Source: Candidatus Omnitrophota bacterium (GTDB lineage: Bacteria; Omnitrophota; Gorgyraeia; Gygaellales; Profunditerraquicolaceae). From it: DNA of 64,000 nucleotides. A program made the translations under genes and the position numbers. The notes under the pieces were generated by a model, which ran no database searches, was not told the origin of the DNA, and saw only the letters and a program-made list of their open reading frames with translations. The number at the start of each line of letters is the position of its first letter. The stretch's first letter is position 1. The stretch is from NCBI GenBank assembly GCA_026387335.1, contig JAPLLX010000001.1, positions 106,620 through 170,619 on the forward strand, written 5' to 3'. Below are positions 1-9,824 of the stretch, piece by piece.

Positions 1-2
1 CC

Positions 3-395
3 TGGCCCTATAAAATTGCGTTCTTTGACCAAAAGCCGCCGCTTCGCTGCTATAAAGAAGCCAAACAGCATTGCATCCAATCTTATCACCGCATTAATAA
101 TTTACAGGAGATGCTGGTTTGTTTGAGCCAGGGTTATCCTTTTGTTTTTGGTTTTGCTGTTTACGAAAGTTTTGAGAGCCCGGCCGTAAAACGCAGTGGT
201 GTCGCGAATATGCCTAAAAAAGGAGAGCGCGTTTTAGGCGGCCATGCGGTAATGGCAATTGGCTATAATCAGAAAGAAAAAAGATTTTTAGTGCGCAACT
301 CTTGGGGAAAGCAATGGGGCAAGGCAGGTTATTTCACAATGCCTTTTGAATATCTGGAAACCTTAGCCGCGGATTTCTGGACAATACGGAAATGA
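3..395 (+). CDS. Papain-like (C1 family) cysteine peptidase, C-terminal part; the 5' end lies outside the window
   Basis: Frame 3 is open from nt 3 (no stop before the annotated ORF at 111). It shows C1-peptidase hallmarks: catalytic His in 'GGHAVMAIGYN' and the Asn-Ser-Trp region 'NSWGKQWGKAGYF'. Confidence 0.55.
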   Translation, partial: WPYKIAFFDQKPPLRCYKEAKQHCIQSYHRINNLQEMLVCLSQGYPFVFGFAVYESFESPAVKRSGVANMPKKGERVLGGHAVMAIGYNQKEKRFLVRNSWGKQWGKAGYFTMPFEYLETLAADFWTIRK

Positions 396-656
396 CAGTG
401 TTCCATTGAATGTTACGAAGAAAATGCCTAGCAAAAAAAGCATTATTAAAGCTAGAAATCTCTTGGGAGCAGTTTGTACTCAACGGAAATAGTGTCCATA
501 AAAAAAGGTAAAATGAAGGTATCTATTCCTGAAGGGTGCGCTATAAGACGAACGCGAAGTATTGGAGTTGTGTTTTGGGATGGGCAAAGTGGAATTTGAA
601 TTTGCTATAAGAACCGTTCTTGCGGCTAGTTGAAAGGTTCATGTAATATAACTATT
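396..656 (+). promoter_or_regulatory. Gene-free leader upstream of the first gene of the glycan gene train; presumed promoter region
   Basis: 261-bp non-coding gap before a >60-kb unidirectional gene array. Position 630-658 matches TTGAAA-N17-TATTAT, but it overlaps the start codon. No experimental support. Confidence 0.2.
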
Positions 657-1421
657 ATGATGAAAGAGCTTAGAAGAACCATAATAAGTATGGCAACCAA
701 CTCAGGAGAGGGGCATATTCCTAGTGCTCTGTCAATCCTTGATATTTTGTGGGTGCTTTATGATCGCATCCTTAAAATCGATGCAGCTAACCCCAAAAGT
801 CAAACACGTGACAGGTTCATTTTGAGTAAGGGTCATGCGTCCCTTGGGTTATATGCAATCCTTGCGAAAAAGGGATTCTTTCCCTGGGCGGAACTCGAAA
901 ATTTCGGAAAGTATAATAGTTTATTGGGTGGTCACCCAGACCGTAACAAAGTTCCCGGAGTAGAGACATCAACAGGATCCCTTGGTCATGGCTTTCCAAT
1001 GAGCGTAGGGATTGCATTAGGTCTTAGGATAAAAAAAATACATTCTAAGGTATTTGTTCTTATAGGTGATGGAGAAGCTAATGAGGGAACAATCTGGGAA
1101 TCTGCACTTCTTGCAGCGCACCATAACTTATCAAATTTATGCTGCATAGTAGATTATAATCATTCTACAGATCGGGCGCTGAAGGTCGGTGACATGGTCT
1201 CAAAGTTTAAAGCATTCGGTTGGAAAAGTTTTTCAATTAATGGACATGATCATGAAGAAATATATTCCGCGTTATCTTTTCGACATGATTCAAGCCCATT
1301 GGCCGTCGTAGCTGAGACTATCAAGGGGTATGGATGCAAAATAATGGAAAATAATCCGGAATGGCATCACAAGTCTCCGCGAAAGGAAGACCTTCCTGCT
1401 ATTTTGGAGCAGTTATCATGA
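657..1421 (+). CDS. Transketolase, N-terminal (TPP-binding) subunit (split transketolase, copy 1)
   Basis: Motifs 'RFILSKGHASLGLYAIL', 'GSLGHGFPMSVGIALG' and 'GDGEANEGTIWESALLAAHH' are typical of the transketolase N-terminal domain. Start set at the ATG-ATG at 657/660. Confidence 0.85.
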   Translation: MMKELRRTIISMATNSGEGHIPSALSILDILWVLYDRILKIDAANPKSQTRDRFILSKGHASLGLYAILAKKGFFPWAELENFGKYNSLLGGHPDRNKVPGVETSTGSLGHGFPMSVGIALGLRIKKIHSKVFVLIGDGEANEGTIWESALLAAHHNLSNLCCIVDYNHSTDRALKVGDMVSKFKAFGWKSFSINGHDHEEIYSALSFRHDSSPLAVVAETIKGYGCKIMENNPEWHHKSPRKEDLPAILEQLS

Positions 1422-2305
1422 ACATGAGGCAGCAATTGGTAAAAACGGTAGAGTCCATTTTAGCACAAGATGAGCGTCTTGTGTTATTGCTTGGGGACAT
1501 TGGAGTTTTTGGCTTTAGAAAAGCGTTTAAATCATTCTTCGATCGTGTATATAATATTGGTATTCTTGAACAGTCGACAATCAGTCTTGCTGCGGGCTTA
1601 TCAATGGAGAGTCTTATTCCGGTAGTCCATACCATTGCGCCATTTATAGTGGAAAGATGCCTTGAGCAATTAAAAATTGATTTTTGCTATCAGAAGCTTG
1701 GGGGTAATTTTATCAGTGTTGGATCTTCTTATGATTATGCAGCTTTAGGATGCACGCATCATTGTCCGGGTGACGTGGGGATATTGAAAAATCTTCCAGG
1801 TATGGAGATTATTTTACCGGGCACAGCGGGCGAGCTCGATATCCTTTTTCGACAGGTTTACGCAAATAATAATCCTACTTATTTTCGGTTAAGTGAAATG
1901 CAGAATAGCGCTGAACATAAGGTAAACTTTGGCAAGGCAGAAGTTATAAAGCAAGGAGAACAGGCAACGGTAATAGCGGTAGGGCCTATCCTGGATGCGG
2001 TTATTGCTGCCTGCAAAGAGATTGATGCCACAATTTTATATTATACGACAGTTATTCCATTTGATGCTGATACACTGAAAAAAAATGCAGTAACTGCAAA
2101 AATAATACTTTGTGAACCATATTACAGCGGAGTCTTATCTTCTGAAATTTTACATGCGATGAATCCAAGACCGATTACATTAGAATGTATTGGTATTCCA
2201 TATAAAATGTTGACTAATTATGGTCTGGCAGCCGACCATGATGATTGTCTTGGTTTAACATCATCTAAAATTAGAGAAAAGATAGTTGAGTTCATATATG
2301 CATAA
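1418..2305 (+). CDS. Transketolase, C-terminal (pyrimidine-binding/C-terminal domain) subunit (copy 1)
   Basis: ATGA overlap with the upstream subunit. 'VLLLGDIGVFGF...EQSTISLAAGLS' plus the C-terminal domain. About 295 aa, typical of split TktB. Confidence 0.85.
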   Translation: MNMRQQLVKTVESILAQDERLVLLLGDIGVFGFRKAFKSFFDRVYNIGILEQSTISLAAGLSMESLIPVVHTIAPFIVERCLEQLKIDFCYQKLGGNFISVGSSYDYAALGCTHHCPGDVGILKNLPGMEIILPGTAGELDILFRQVYANNNPTYFRLSEMQNSAEHKVNFGKAEVIKQGEQATVIAVGPILDAVIAACKEIDATILYYTTVIPFDADTLKKNAVTAKIILCEPYYSGVLSSEILHAMNPRPITLECIGIPYKMLTNYGLAADHDDCLGLTSSKIREKIVEFIYA

Positions 2306-3329
2306 GCTTGTTGACATTATTATGGGGGATGTAGAAAAGATTTGCAATAAGGTAAGCTTTGATGGAATTATTGGCAAGACCATCTTAATTACAGGCGCCT
2401 CTGGTCTAATTGGCGGATATTTCATAGCATGTCTTAAGTTTCTTTCTCAAATGCGCAATATTAGATTTACTACTATTGCCGTGATGCAGAATGAACCTAT
2501 TCCCTATTTAAAAGAATTACTGGACTTTGATAATGTAAACATCTATCTCGGTGATTTAACCAGTGCTGATTTTATTGGTAAATTACCTGAAGCCAACATT
2601 ATTATACATGCTGCAGGATATGGGCAGCCAGGCAGATTTTTGCAGGATCAGATAAAGACCTTAAAGCTGAATACCTTTTCTACGTTTATGCTTTTCGATA
2701 AATTGGCGGAAAACGGTAAATTTTTATTTTTCAGCACAAGTGAGCTTTATAGTGGTCTAAGTAATCCGCCTTTTAAAGAACATGAGATTGGCACAACAAA
2801 CACGGCTCATTCAAGGTCCTGTTATATTGAGGCTAAAAGATGCGGCGAGGCAATATGTAATGCGTATAGGATAAAAGGAGTAAATGCAAAGTCGGTTCGT
2901 TTAGCCCTTGCTTACGGGCCCGGAACAAGACCAGGAGACATGAGGGTATTAAACTCTTTTATTGAGAAGGCATTAAATGGACAAATTACGCTCCTTGATC
3001 AAGGTCAAGCAAAACGTACATATTGCTATATCTCTGATGCAATAGAGATTATGTGGAATGTGTTATTGTTTGGTAAAGACTCTATTTACAATGTCGGCGG
3101 AAATTCTCGAATTACAATCGGAGAATTGGCGCACAAGATAGGAAGCTATTTAAATGTACCTGTAATTTTTCCGGCAGATATTCAGGATATGGCAGGGGCA
3201 CCAGATGATGTTTATTTAGATATGACAAAAGTACAGCAGGAATTTGGGAAAAATAAATATGTATCGTTGGACGAAGGTCTTGCAAATACAATTGAGTGGC
3301 AAAAAGCCCTTTATGGGATAAGCAGTTAA
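2286..3329 (+). CDS. NAD-dependent sugar epimerase/dehydratase (extended SDR)
   Basis: Gly-rich Rossmann motif 'ILITGASGLIGGYF' and catalytic 'YIEAKRCGE' (YxxxK). Confidence 0.7.
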   Translation: MSSYMHKLVDIIMGDVEKICNKVSFDGIIGKTILITGASGLIGGYFIACLKFLSQMRNIRFTTIAVMQNEPIPYLKELLDFDNVNIYLGDLTSADFIGKLPEANIIIHAAGYGQPGRFLQDQIKTLKLNTFSTFMLFDKLAENGKFLFFSTSELYSGLSNPPFKEHEIGTTNTAHSRSCYIEAKRCGEAICNAYRIKGVNAKSVRLALAYGPGTRPGDMRVLNSFIEKALNGQITLLDQGQAKRTYCYISDAIEIMWNVLLFGKDSIYNVGGNSRITIGELAHKIGSYLNVPVIFPADIQDMAGAPDDVYLDMTKVQQEFGKNKYVSLDEGLANTIEWQKALYGISS

Positions 3330-3361
3330 GAAATCTAAGTTACCTAAGAAGAGTAAATAAA

Positions 3362-4282
3362 ATGGATAAAACATTGGTAACAGGTGCAAATGGGTTAGTC
3401 GGATATGCTATTAGAAAGCTGAATTTGCCGAACTTTGAGTATGTTACTCATGAAAATGTCGATTTAACTGATTTCGAAAAAACAAAATATATATTCGAAA
3501 AAGTAAAACCAACTCGCGTTATCCATCTTGCGGCGGTAGTCGGAGGCATTGGCGGTAACATAATTCATTCCGGCGAATACTTTAGAAACAATGTAATGAT
3601 CAATACGAATGTTTTGGAATGTTCCCGTATTTGTGGAGTAAGAAAACTAATATCATTCATGTCTACTTGCGTATTTCCGGATAAATGCAACTTTCCATTA
3701 AATGAAAAAGATATTCACAATGGACCGCCTCATCCGTCGAACTTTGGATATGCCTACGCAAAGCGTATGTTAGATGTACAAAGTAGCGCGTATAGAAAAG
3801 AATGGTGTTGCGATTACATCGTTGCTATTCCGACTAATATCTATGGGCCAAATGACAATTGGAGTCTTGAAGATGGGCATGTAACGCCCGCACTTATCCA
3901 CAAGTGTTTTATTGCTAAAAGAGATGGGCTAGATTTGACAGTATGGGGGAGTGGTGAACCATTACGTGAGTTTGTATTATCCGTTGATATCGCCAAACTT
4001 TCCGTCTGGGCACTCGAAAACTATAAAGAAGATTCACCCATTATATTTTCTTCTGGAGTTGAGATTAGTATAAAGAAATTAGTTGAGCTTATTACAGCTA
4101 AAATGAAATTTAAAGGTGACGTGATTTTTGATTTATCGAAGCCGGATGGGCAATTTCGTAAACCTTCTGATACAACAAAATTACGTAATTATTATCCAGA
4201 TTTTGAATTTACATCCATTGAAAGAGGTGTCGAAGAGACTGTTGACTGGTTTGAATCAAATTATCCAAATGTGAGAATGTAA
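3362..4282 (+). CDS. GDP-L-fucose synthase-like (GDP-4-keto-6-deoxymannose 3,5-epimerase/4-reductase family)
   Basis: 'LVTGANGLVGYAI', 'HLAAVVGGIGGNIIHSGEYFRNN' and 'YAYAKRM' resemble Fcl/GMER. Start moved to the ATG at 3362 (MDKTLVTG). Confidence 0.65.
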   Translation: MDKTLVTGANGLVGYAIRKLNLPNFEYVTHENVDLTDFEKTKYIFEKVKPTRVIHLAAVVGGIGGNIIHSGEYFRNNVMINTNVLECSRICGVRKLISFMSTCVFPDKCNFPLNEKDIHNGPPHPSNFGYAYAKRMLDVQSSAYRKEWCCDYIVAIPTNIYGPNDNWSLEDGHVTPALIHKCFIAKRDGLDLTVWGSGEPLREFVLSVDIAKLSVWALENYKEDSPIIFSSGVEISIKKLVELITAKMKFKGDVIFDLSKPDGQFRKPSDTTKLRNYYPDFEFTSIERGVEETVDWFESNYPNVRM

Positions 4283-4285
4283 AAG

Positions 4286-5236
4286 ATGGACGGAGTTTAT
4301 ATGAGGAATGAAAACATAAGAACTTTAACTTTTAAAGATTTTGAGGATCTATTCAAAGATACCCTCTCTGATTTTGTAAGAGAGAAAATAGGTGAATATT
4401 CACTCAAATATTATGACATAACAGATGCAGAAAGAGATACATGTATAAAAAAAATCGTCGCTGCGTTAATAGGCAAAAATCTTATTAAGGCAGGAGAACA
4501 TAGATTCGAGCAATGGGAAGTGGGGTGGAAGGAAAACCTAAAAAATGTAATTGAAAGCCAAGATATTGACTCAATTATTCCGAATTATTTTGGCAAGTAT
4601 GATTACGTTAGAATCAACAGGAAGTTTGTGAAGCCAGCCTCCAAAGATTTTGAGTATCGTACGCTCTGTGTTATTGTTGATTGGCTATTTGATAAGTATA
4701 TAAGAGAGGTCGATACTATCTACGAGTTTGGGTGTGGCACGGGCTATCATTTACTTAGAGCAAGAGAGGTGAATTTAACAGCAACTCTATGGGGTCTTGA
4801 TTGGGCACCTGCATCACAAGAAATTATTAACCAACTATCTTCAAAAGGGATTGATTCAAAATTATACGCACACAGATTTGATTATTTTAATCCTGATACG
4901 GATTTTTCGTTAGATAAGAATTCGGTAGTATATACAGTTGCTTCGTTGGAACAAATTGGCTCTAAATTTAAAAAATTTGTCAACTACTTAATAAAAAATA
5001 AACCAAAATTTTGTATTCATGTTGAGCCAATTTCTGAACTCCTGGATGAGAATGACTTAATAGATTATTTGTCTATTGAATATTTTAAGAAGCGAAATTA
5101 TCTTTCAGGCTTTTTGACTTACTTGCGGAACTTGGAAAAGAAAAGTCAAATAAAAATTCTCAAAGCGCAAAGAACTTTCGTGGGAAGTCTCTTTATAGAA
5201 GGATATTCCTTGGTTGTTTGGACGCCATGTATTTGA
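4286..5236 (+). CDS. Class I SAM-dependent methyltransferase
   Basis: Motif I 'IYEFGCGTGYHLL'. The rest of the fold is uncharacterised. Confidence 0.5.
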   Translation: MDGVYMRNENIRTLTFKDFEDLFKDTLSDFVREKIGEYSLKYYDITDAERDTCIKKIVAALIGKNLIKAGEHRFEQWEVGWKENLKNVIESQDIDSIIPNYFGKYDYVRINRKFVKPASKDFEYRTLCVIVDWLFDKYIREVDTIYEFGCGTGYHLLRAREVNLTATLWGLDWAPASQEIINQLSSKGIDSKLYAHRFDYFNPDTDFSLDKNSVVYTVASLEQIGSKFKKFVNYLIKNKPKFCIHVEPISELLDENDLIDYLSIEYFKKRNYLSGFLTYLRNLEKKSQIKILKAQRTFVGSLFIEGYSLVVWTPCI

Positions 5237-5315
5237 TTATTAGAAGATTGCGCTCTATCAAAACAGGCGTTATTATCTTAGCAACATGTCCACTAAATAG
5301 GGACAGGTCAAATAG

Positions 5316-6227
5316 ATGAAATTATCACCTATAGCTTTATTTGTTTATAATCGACTTCGGCATCTTCAGCAGACAATAGAATCTTTAAAAATTAACCATT
5401 TAGCAAAGGAAAGTGAACTTTATGTTTTTTCCGATGGACCCAAGGATAAGGAAGCCGAAGAAGAGGTTAAGGGGGTTAGGGAATACCTAAAAAGTATAAG
5501 CGGATTCAAGGATGTGTCGATACATGAAAATAAGGATAACCTTGGGACGTCTAAGAATATTATAAAAGGGGTTACTAGTATTCTTAATGAACATGGCAAG
5601 GTCATAGTATTGGAAGACGATCTACAGTTTTCTCCATATTTCCTTAAGTTTATGAATGATGCGCTGAAATTATATGAAAATGAATCAAAGGTTATAAGTG
5701 TCTGTGGATACATGTATCCCGTAAAGATAAATAATTGCGAGACGCTTTTCTTGAGAATACCGGATTGCTGGGGGTGGGCAACATGGAAGAGGGGCTGGGA
5801 TCTATTTGCAGATAACGGAAAACAATTGTACGATGGGCTTAAAGCTAAGAAGCTGTTTAGAAGGTTTAATTTAGACGGGAGCTTTAATTATGTCAAAATG
5901 CTTAAAAGCCAGTTTCAGGGAAAGAATGATTCCTGGGCTATCCGTTGGTATGCCGCTGCTCTGCTAAACGATAAACTTTCTCTGTACCCATCGAAAACAT
6001 TGGCTATGAATATGGGCTTTGATTGCTCCGGAAGGCACGGCGGAGCTGTTGATTATTTCAAGTCAGAATTATCAAAAGATGAGCCTTCGGTCAATAAAAT
6101 TCCTATTGTTGAGAATCAAGAAGCGGTTAGAAAATTAGGTTTTTTTTGGTGGAACCAAAAGTTCAATTTTAATAAGAAGATACCGGGTTTTTTTCGCAAA
6201 ATTAAACACACATGGTTAAAGATATAA
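5316..6227 (+). CDS. GT-A fold glycosyltransferase
   Basis: N-terminal Rossmann-like 'IALFVYNR' and DxD-like 'VLEDDLQF'. Confidence 0.5.
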   Translation: MKLSPIALFVYNRLRHLQQTIESLKINHLAKESELYVFSDGPKDKEAEEEVKGVREYLKSISGFKDVSIHENKDNLGTSKNIIKGVTSILNEHGKVIVLEDDLQFSPYFLKFMNDALKLYENESKVISVCGYMYPVKINNCETLFLRIPDCWGWATWKRGWDLFADNGKQLYDGLKAKKLFRRFNLDGSFNYVKMLKSQFQGKNDSWAIRWYAAALLNDKLSLYPSKTLAMNMGFDCSGRHGGAVDYFKSELSKDEPSVNKIPIVENQEAVRKLGFFWWNQKFNFNKKIPGFFRKIKHTWLKI

Positions 6228-6652
6228 TTAGAATAACAAATAAGGGAAGATTACTAGCGATAATAATCAAGGCAAAGTTTAAGCAGGATGGCCTTAAATT
6301 CTTTGTTCCGAATGAATATCCGCAACAACTTGCTTATATGGGAAGGCCCAAAGGTTACGTAATCAATTCTCATATCCATAATCCGGTTTCCAGAAGTATT
6401 AATATTACGCAAGAAACGCTCTTTATTAGAAGCGGTAAGGTAAGAGTGGACTTTTATGACGAAAAGAAACATTATATAGAGAGCAGAATTGTTCAGCAGG
6501 GGGACGTAGTGTTTTTGCCTTTTGGCGGGCATGGTTTTGAATTTATGAAAGATGGGGAAATTATCGAAGTCAAACAGGGGCCATTTCTTAAGAAAATACA
6601 ATCAGTAAAGTTTGAGCCTGTTAAGAAAGAAAAGTTAAAACTAAAAAAATGA
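6212..6652 (+). CDS. WxcM-like cupin; putative NDP-4-keto-6-deoxyhexose 3,4-ketoisomerase (FdtA/QdtA-like)
   Basis: Small cupin (146 aa) with 'NSHIHN...' and 'GGHGFEF'. Sits directly upstream of a DegT aminotransferase, as FdtA sits before FdtB. Confidence 0.55.
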   Translation: MVKDIIRITNKGRLLAIIIKAKFKQDGLKFFVPNEYPQQLAYMGRPKGYVINSHIHNPVSRSINITQETLFIRSGKVRVDFYDEKKHYIESRIVQQGDVVFLPFGGHGFEFMKDGEIIEVKQGPFLKKIQSVKFEPVKKEKLKLKK

Positions 6653-7773
6653 TACCTGTTAATGAGTTTTCTTTAGTCGGAAATGAAGCCAAATATTTGA
6701 AGGAATGCGTGGATAGCGGATGGATTTCCTCCGAAGGGCCGTTTGTCCGCAGATTCGAAGAAGAATTTGCTTCTTTTGTCGGAGTTAAATATGGCATTGC
6801 GGTTTGCAATGGCACAGCAGCGTTAGAAACAGCGCTTTTTGCCTTAGGGATAAAAGCCGGCGATGAAGTTATAATGCCTTCCTTTACTATCATTTCTTGT
6901 GCGATCGCCTGCATTCGTTTAGGCGCGAAACCGGTTTTGGTTGACATAGAGCCGGATAATTGCACAATTGATGTTAATCAGATTGAAGGGCGGATAACGC
7001 CAAAAACAAAAGCAATTATGCCGGTACATATCTATGGCCATCCGGTTGATATGGATAAAGTATTTGAGTTGGCGGAAAAGTATAAACTGAAAATAATAGC
7101 CGATTTTGCGGAAGCACAGGGAGCCCAATACTACAGTAATAAAAAGAGAAAATGGATGCAGTGCGGAGCAATGAGCGATGTTTCCGCCACTAGTTTTTAC
7201 GCTAATAAGATCATAACTACCGGAGAAGGGGGTATGGTTGTTACCGATAACCCGGAGTATGCCGGTAAATCCAGGGCTTATAGAAATTTATGTTTTGGGA
7301 TTGATGAACGGTTCAGCCATGATGAGCTTGGATATAATTTCAGGATGACTAACCTGCAGGCGGCGATCGGAGTCGCCAGGCTTGAGCAGGTGGATAAATT
7401 TATTAAGATCAAAAGAAAATTGGCGGAACATTATAAAACACGTTTAGCTGAAATTAAACAAATCAGATTTTTGACTGAGAAATCTTACGCTAAATCAGTC
7501 TATTGGGTATATGCGATAGAGCTAAAACCCGAATTTGGAGTAGATGCTAAAGAGCTCATGGTTAGGCTTAGAAAATACGGCGTAGAAACACGTCCTTTTT
7601 TTAAAGGGATGCATACTCAACCTGTTTTTGTTAAATCGGGATTATTTCGAGGGGAAAAATATCCCAATACTGATTTTGCTTATAAATATGGGCTTTATTT
7701 GCCAAGCGGTTTGGCCCTGACAGAAAATCAGATCGATAAAGTTGTTGAAGCCCTGAGAGAAGCATTAAAATAA
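6649..7773 (+). CDS. DegT/DnrJ/EryC1/StrS-family PLP-dependent sugar aminotransferase
   Basis: N-terminus 'LVGNEAKYLKECVDSGWISSEGPFVRRFEEEFASFVGVKYGIAVCNGTAALE' and PLP-lysine region 'SFYANKIITTGEGG'. Confidence 0.85.
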   Translation: MIPVNEFSLVGNEAKYLKECVDSGWISSEGPFVRRFEEEFASFVGVKYGIAVCNGTAALETALFALGIKAGDEVIMPSFTIISCAIACIRLGAKPVLVDIEPDNCTIDVNQIEGRITPKTKAIMPVHIYGHPVDMDKVFELAEKYKLKIIADFAEAQGAQYYSNKKRKWMQCGAMSDVSATSFYANKIITTGEGGMVVTDNPEYAGKSRAYRNLCFGIDERFSHDELGYNFRMTNLQAAIGVARLEQVDKFIKIKRKLAEHYKTRLAEIKQIRFLTEKSYAKSVYWVYAIELKPEFGVDAKELMVRLRKYGVETRPFFKGMHTQPVFVKSGLFRGEKYPNTDFAYKYGLYLPSGLALTENQIDKVVEALREALK

Positions 7774-8535
7774 ATGAAGAATTTCGTTAAATACGCCAGA
7801 TATTATAACCTTCTTTATCGAGATAAGGACTATAAAAAAGAAGCGGATTACGTAGATTATTTAATCACGCATTATTCCGGCAGACGAAACAAAAAATTGC
7901 TTGATGTAGGTTGTGGCACTGGTAATCACGACATTTGGTTCGTTAAGAAAGGATATAAGGTAGTTGGAATTGATAGATCAAGCGAAATGATTGCTATAGC
8001 CAAAAAAAGGTTTTCAGAAGAGAATAGTTTAGAATTTAGTATCCACGATGTTTCAAAGTTTTCTTTACGTAAAAAATTTGATATCGCAGTTTCGCTGTTT
8101 CATGTAATGAGTTATTTAACCGCTAATGAAGCATTCGTTAAGAGTTTGACAAATATTAGTAGTCATCTAAAAAAAGGCGGGTTATTCATCTTTGATTTTT
8201 GGTATGGTCCCGCCGTATTGACGCAAAGGCCGATAAAGAAGATAAAAGAGGCTCAGGATAAAAACGTTAAGATTAAGCGTATAGCTATTCCGAAGATTAA
8301 TTCTGATGAGAATACCGTAGATGTAGAATATGAGAGCGTAGTACTAAATAAAAATAAAGGTTTAACTAAAGTGATTAAAGAGCGCCATAAGATGCGGTAT
8401 TTCTTTCTGCCGGAACTGGATTTTATGTTAAGGAATACCGGTTTTAAGATTGTAAAAAGCCTTAAGTGGTTGAGCCTAAAAGAAGGTCTCACTCCTAAAA
8501 GTTGGAGCGGAGTAATAATTGCTAAAAAGGATTAA
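7774..8535 (+). CDS. SAM-dependent methyltransferase (size and context fit a sugar N-methyltransferase)
   Basis: Motif I 'LLDVGCGTGNHDIWF'. 253 aa, immediately downstream of the aminotransferase. Confidence 0.6.
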   Translation: MKNFVKYARYYNLLYRDKDYKKEADYVDYLITHYSGRRNKKLLDVGCGTGNHDIWFVKKGYKVVGIDRSSEMIAIAKKRFSEENSLEFSIHDVSKFSLRKKFDIAVSLFHVMSYLTANEAFVKSLTNISSHLKKGGLFIFDFWYGPAVLTQRPIKKIKEAQDKNVKIKRIAIPKINSDENTVDVEYESVVLNKNKGLTKVIKERHKMRYFFLPELDFMLRNTGFKIVKSLKWLSLKEGLTPKSWSGVIIAKKD

Positions 8536-8541
8536 ATAGAT

Positions 8542-9750
8542 ATGAAAATAGCGGTTATCTCTACGAAGGGTAAAATGGAAGGCGGAGCCTTCCAGTATTC
8601 CTTATCGCTTTCCCGTTTATTAAAAGAGAATAATTCTGAAAAATATAATTTTATCTTTTTTACCACGGTTAAAGAAAATGTAAGGTTATTCGCTAAATAT
8701 GGCCCCACTTTTAATTATCTGCGTTGGTCGAACATAGACAGGTTTAAGAATTTGTTATTTAGCTCGCAGATATTAAGCGGCGTATTGGCAAAATTCAGGA
8801 TAAGTCCCGAATCTAGAATCGACCGTATTTTAAAAAAGCATAATATTGATTTGGTTTATTTTCTTAATCCTTCGGATTTGGCTCTTGCCGTTAGCAGATT
8901 AAATTATATTTTTACAATCTGGGATTTATGCTTTCTTGACTTTATGGAGTTTCCTGAGGTATACGCGAACAGGGAATTTGAGAGAAGGAATAGCTTATAT
9001 CGCTTTGCGCTTCCTAAAGCCGTCAAGGTTATTGCGGACTCAGAGTTTACTAAAAGAAATATTATTAAGAAATATTGTCTTGATGAGGCGAGGGTTGTTT
9101 CTTTGCCTTTGTTGTCTTCAGTAGGAATAAACGTAGTTGAGCAGGAAAATCACGCGGGGTACATTAATATCCGAAAAAAATATAATATTAATGGGAAATA
9201 TATTTTCTATCCTGCCCAATTTTGGCCCCATAAAAATCATATTTATATTTTGGAAGGATTAAAATTATTAAAGGAAAAGTATGAGATGATAATCCATGTA
9301 ATTTTTGCCGGTTCCGACAAGGGTAATTTATCCTTCATATTAAGAAAAGCGGAAGAATTTGGTATAGCTGACCAGATTCATTATGTAGGTTTTGTGGGGG
9401 ATAATGAGCTGCCTTATCTTTATACTCAGGCATTAGCTTTAGTTATGCCGACTTATTTTGGTCCGACAAACCTGCCGCCCTTGGAAGCATTTAAGCTAGG
9501 TTGTCCGGTTTTATATTCGGATTTACCAGGATTAAACGAACAAGTTAAGGATGCGGCATTGTTATTGGATTTGAATAATCCCGAGAGCCTATGTAAAGGA
9601 TTACTTAAGGTCCTAAATGACACGGCAAGTATTGATACCCTTATCAAAAATGGAAAGAAAAAAATCGAAGCGCTGGAAAACGAAAATTATTGGCGGATAT
9701 TAAAAGATGCATTTGATGATTACAGCCAGAAAATGAAGTGCTGGAAGTAG
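8542..9750 (+). CDS. GT4-family (GT-B) glycosyltransferase
   Basis: C-terminal 'Glycos_transf_1'-like region 'FYPAQFWPHKNH...' and E-x7-E region 'LEAFKLGCPVLYSDLPGLNEQV'. Confidence 0.75.
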   Translation: MKIAVISTKGKMEGGAFQYSLSLSRLLKENNSEKYNFIFFTTVKENVRLFAKYGPTFNYLRWSNIDRFKNLLFSSQILSGVLAKFRISPESRIDRILKKHNIDLVYFLNPSDLALAVSRLNYIFTIWDLCFLDFMEFPEVYANREFERRNSLYRFALPKAVKVIADSEFTKRNIIKKYCLDEARVVSLPLLSSVGINVVEQENHAGYINIRKKYNINGKYIFYPAQFWPHKNHIYILEGLKLLKEKYEMIIHVIFAGSDKGNLSFILRKAEEFGIADQIHYVGFVGDNELPYLYTQALALVMPTYFGPTNLPPLEAFKLGCPVLYSDLPGLNEQVKDAALLLDLNNPESLCKGLLKVLNDTASIDTLIKNGKKKIEALENENYWRILKDAFDDYSQKMKCWK

Positions 9751-9824
9751 TTCTTATTGGAAATTAAACATAATCTTGAGCTGTCTAATAAGGATTAAAC
9801 TTTGTCTTAAGACTGGTAAAAAAC

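Noticed and set aside
111-395. Treating ORF 111-395 as a complete 94-aa gene
   Set aside because: The same frame is open back to nt 3 and carries C1-peptidase motifs. It is the 3' part of a larger gene cut by the window edge.
630-658. Sigma70-like promoter TTGAAA-N17-TATTAT
   Set aside because: The putative -10 overlaps the start codon of the first transketolase gene. That would imply a leaderless transcript, contrary to the SD-using pattern elsewhere. It is left as a low-confidence note only.
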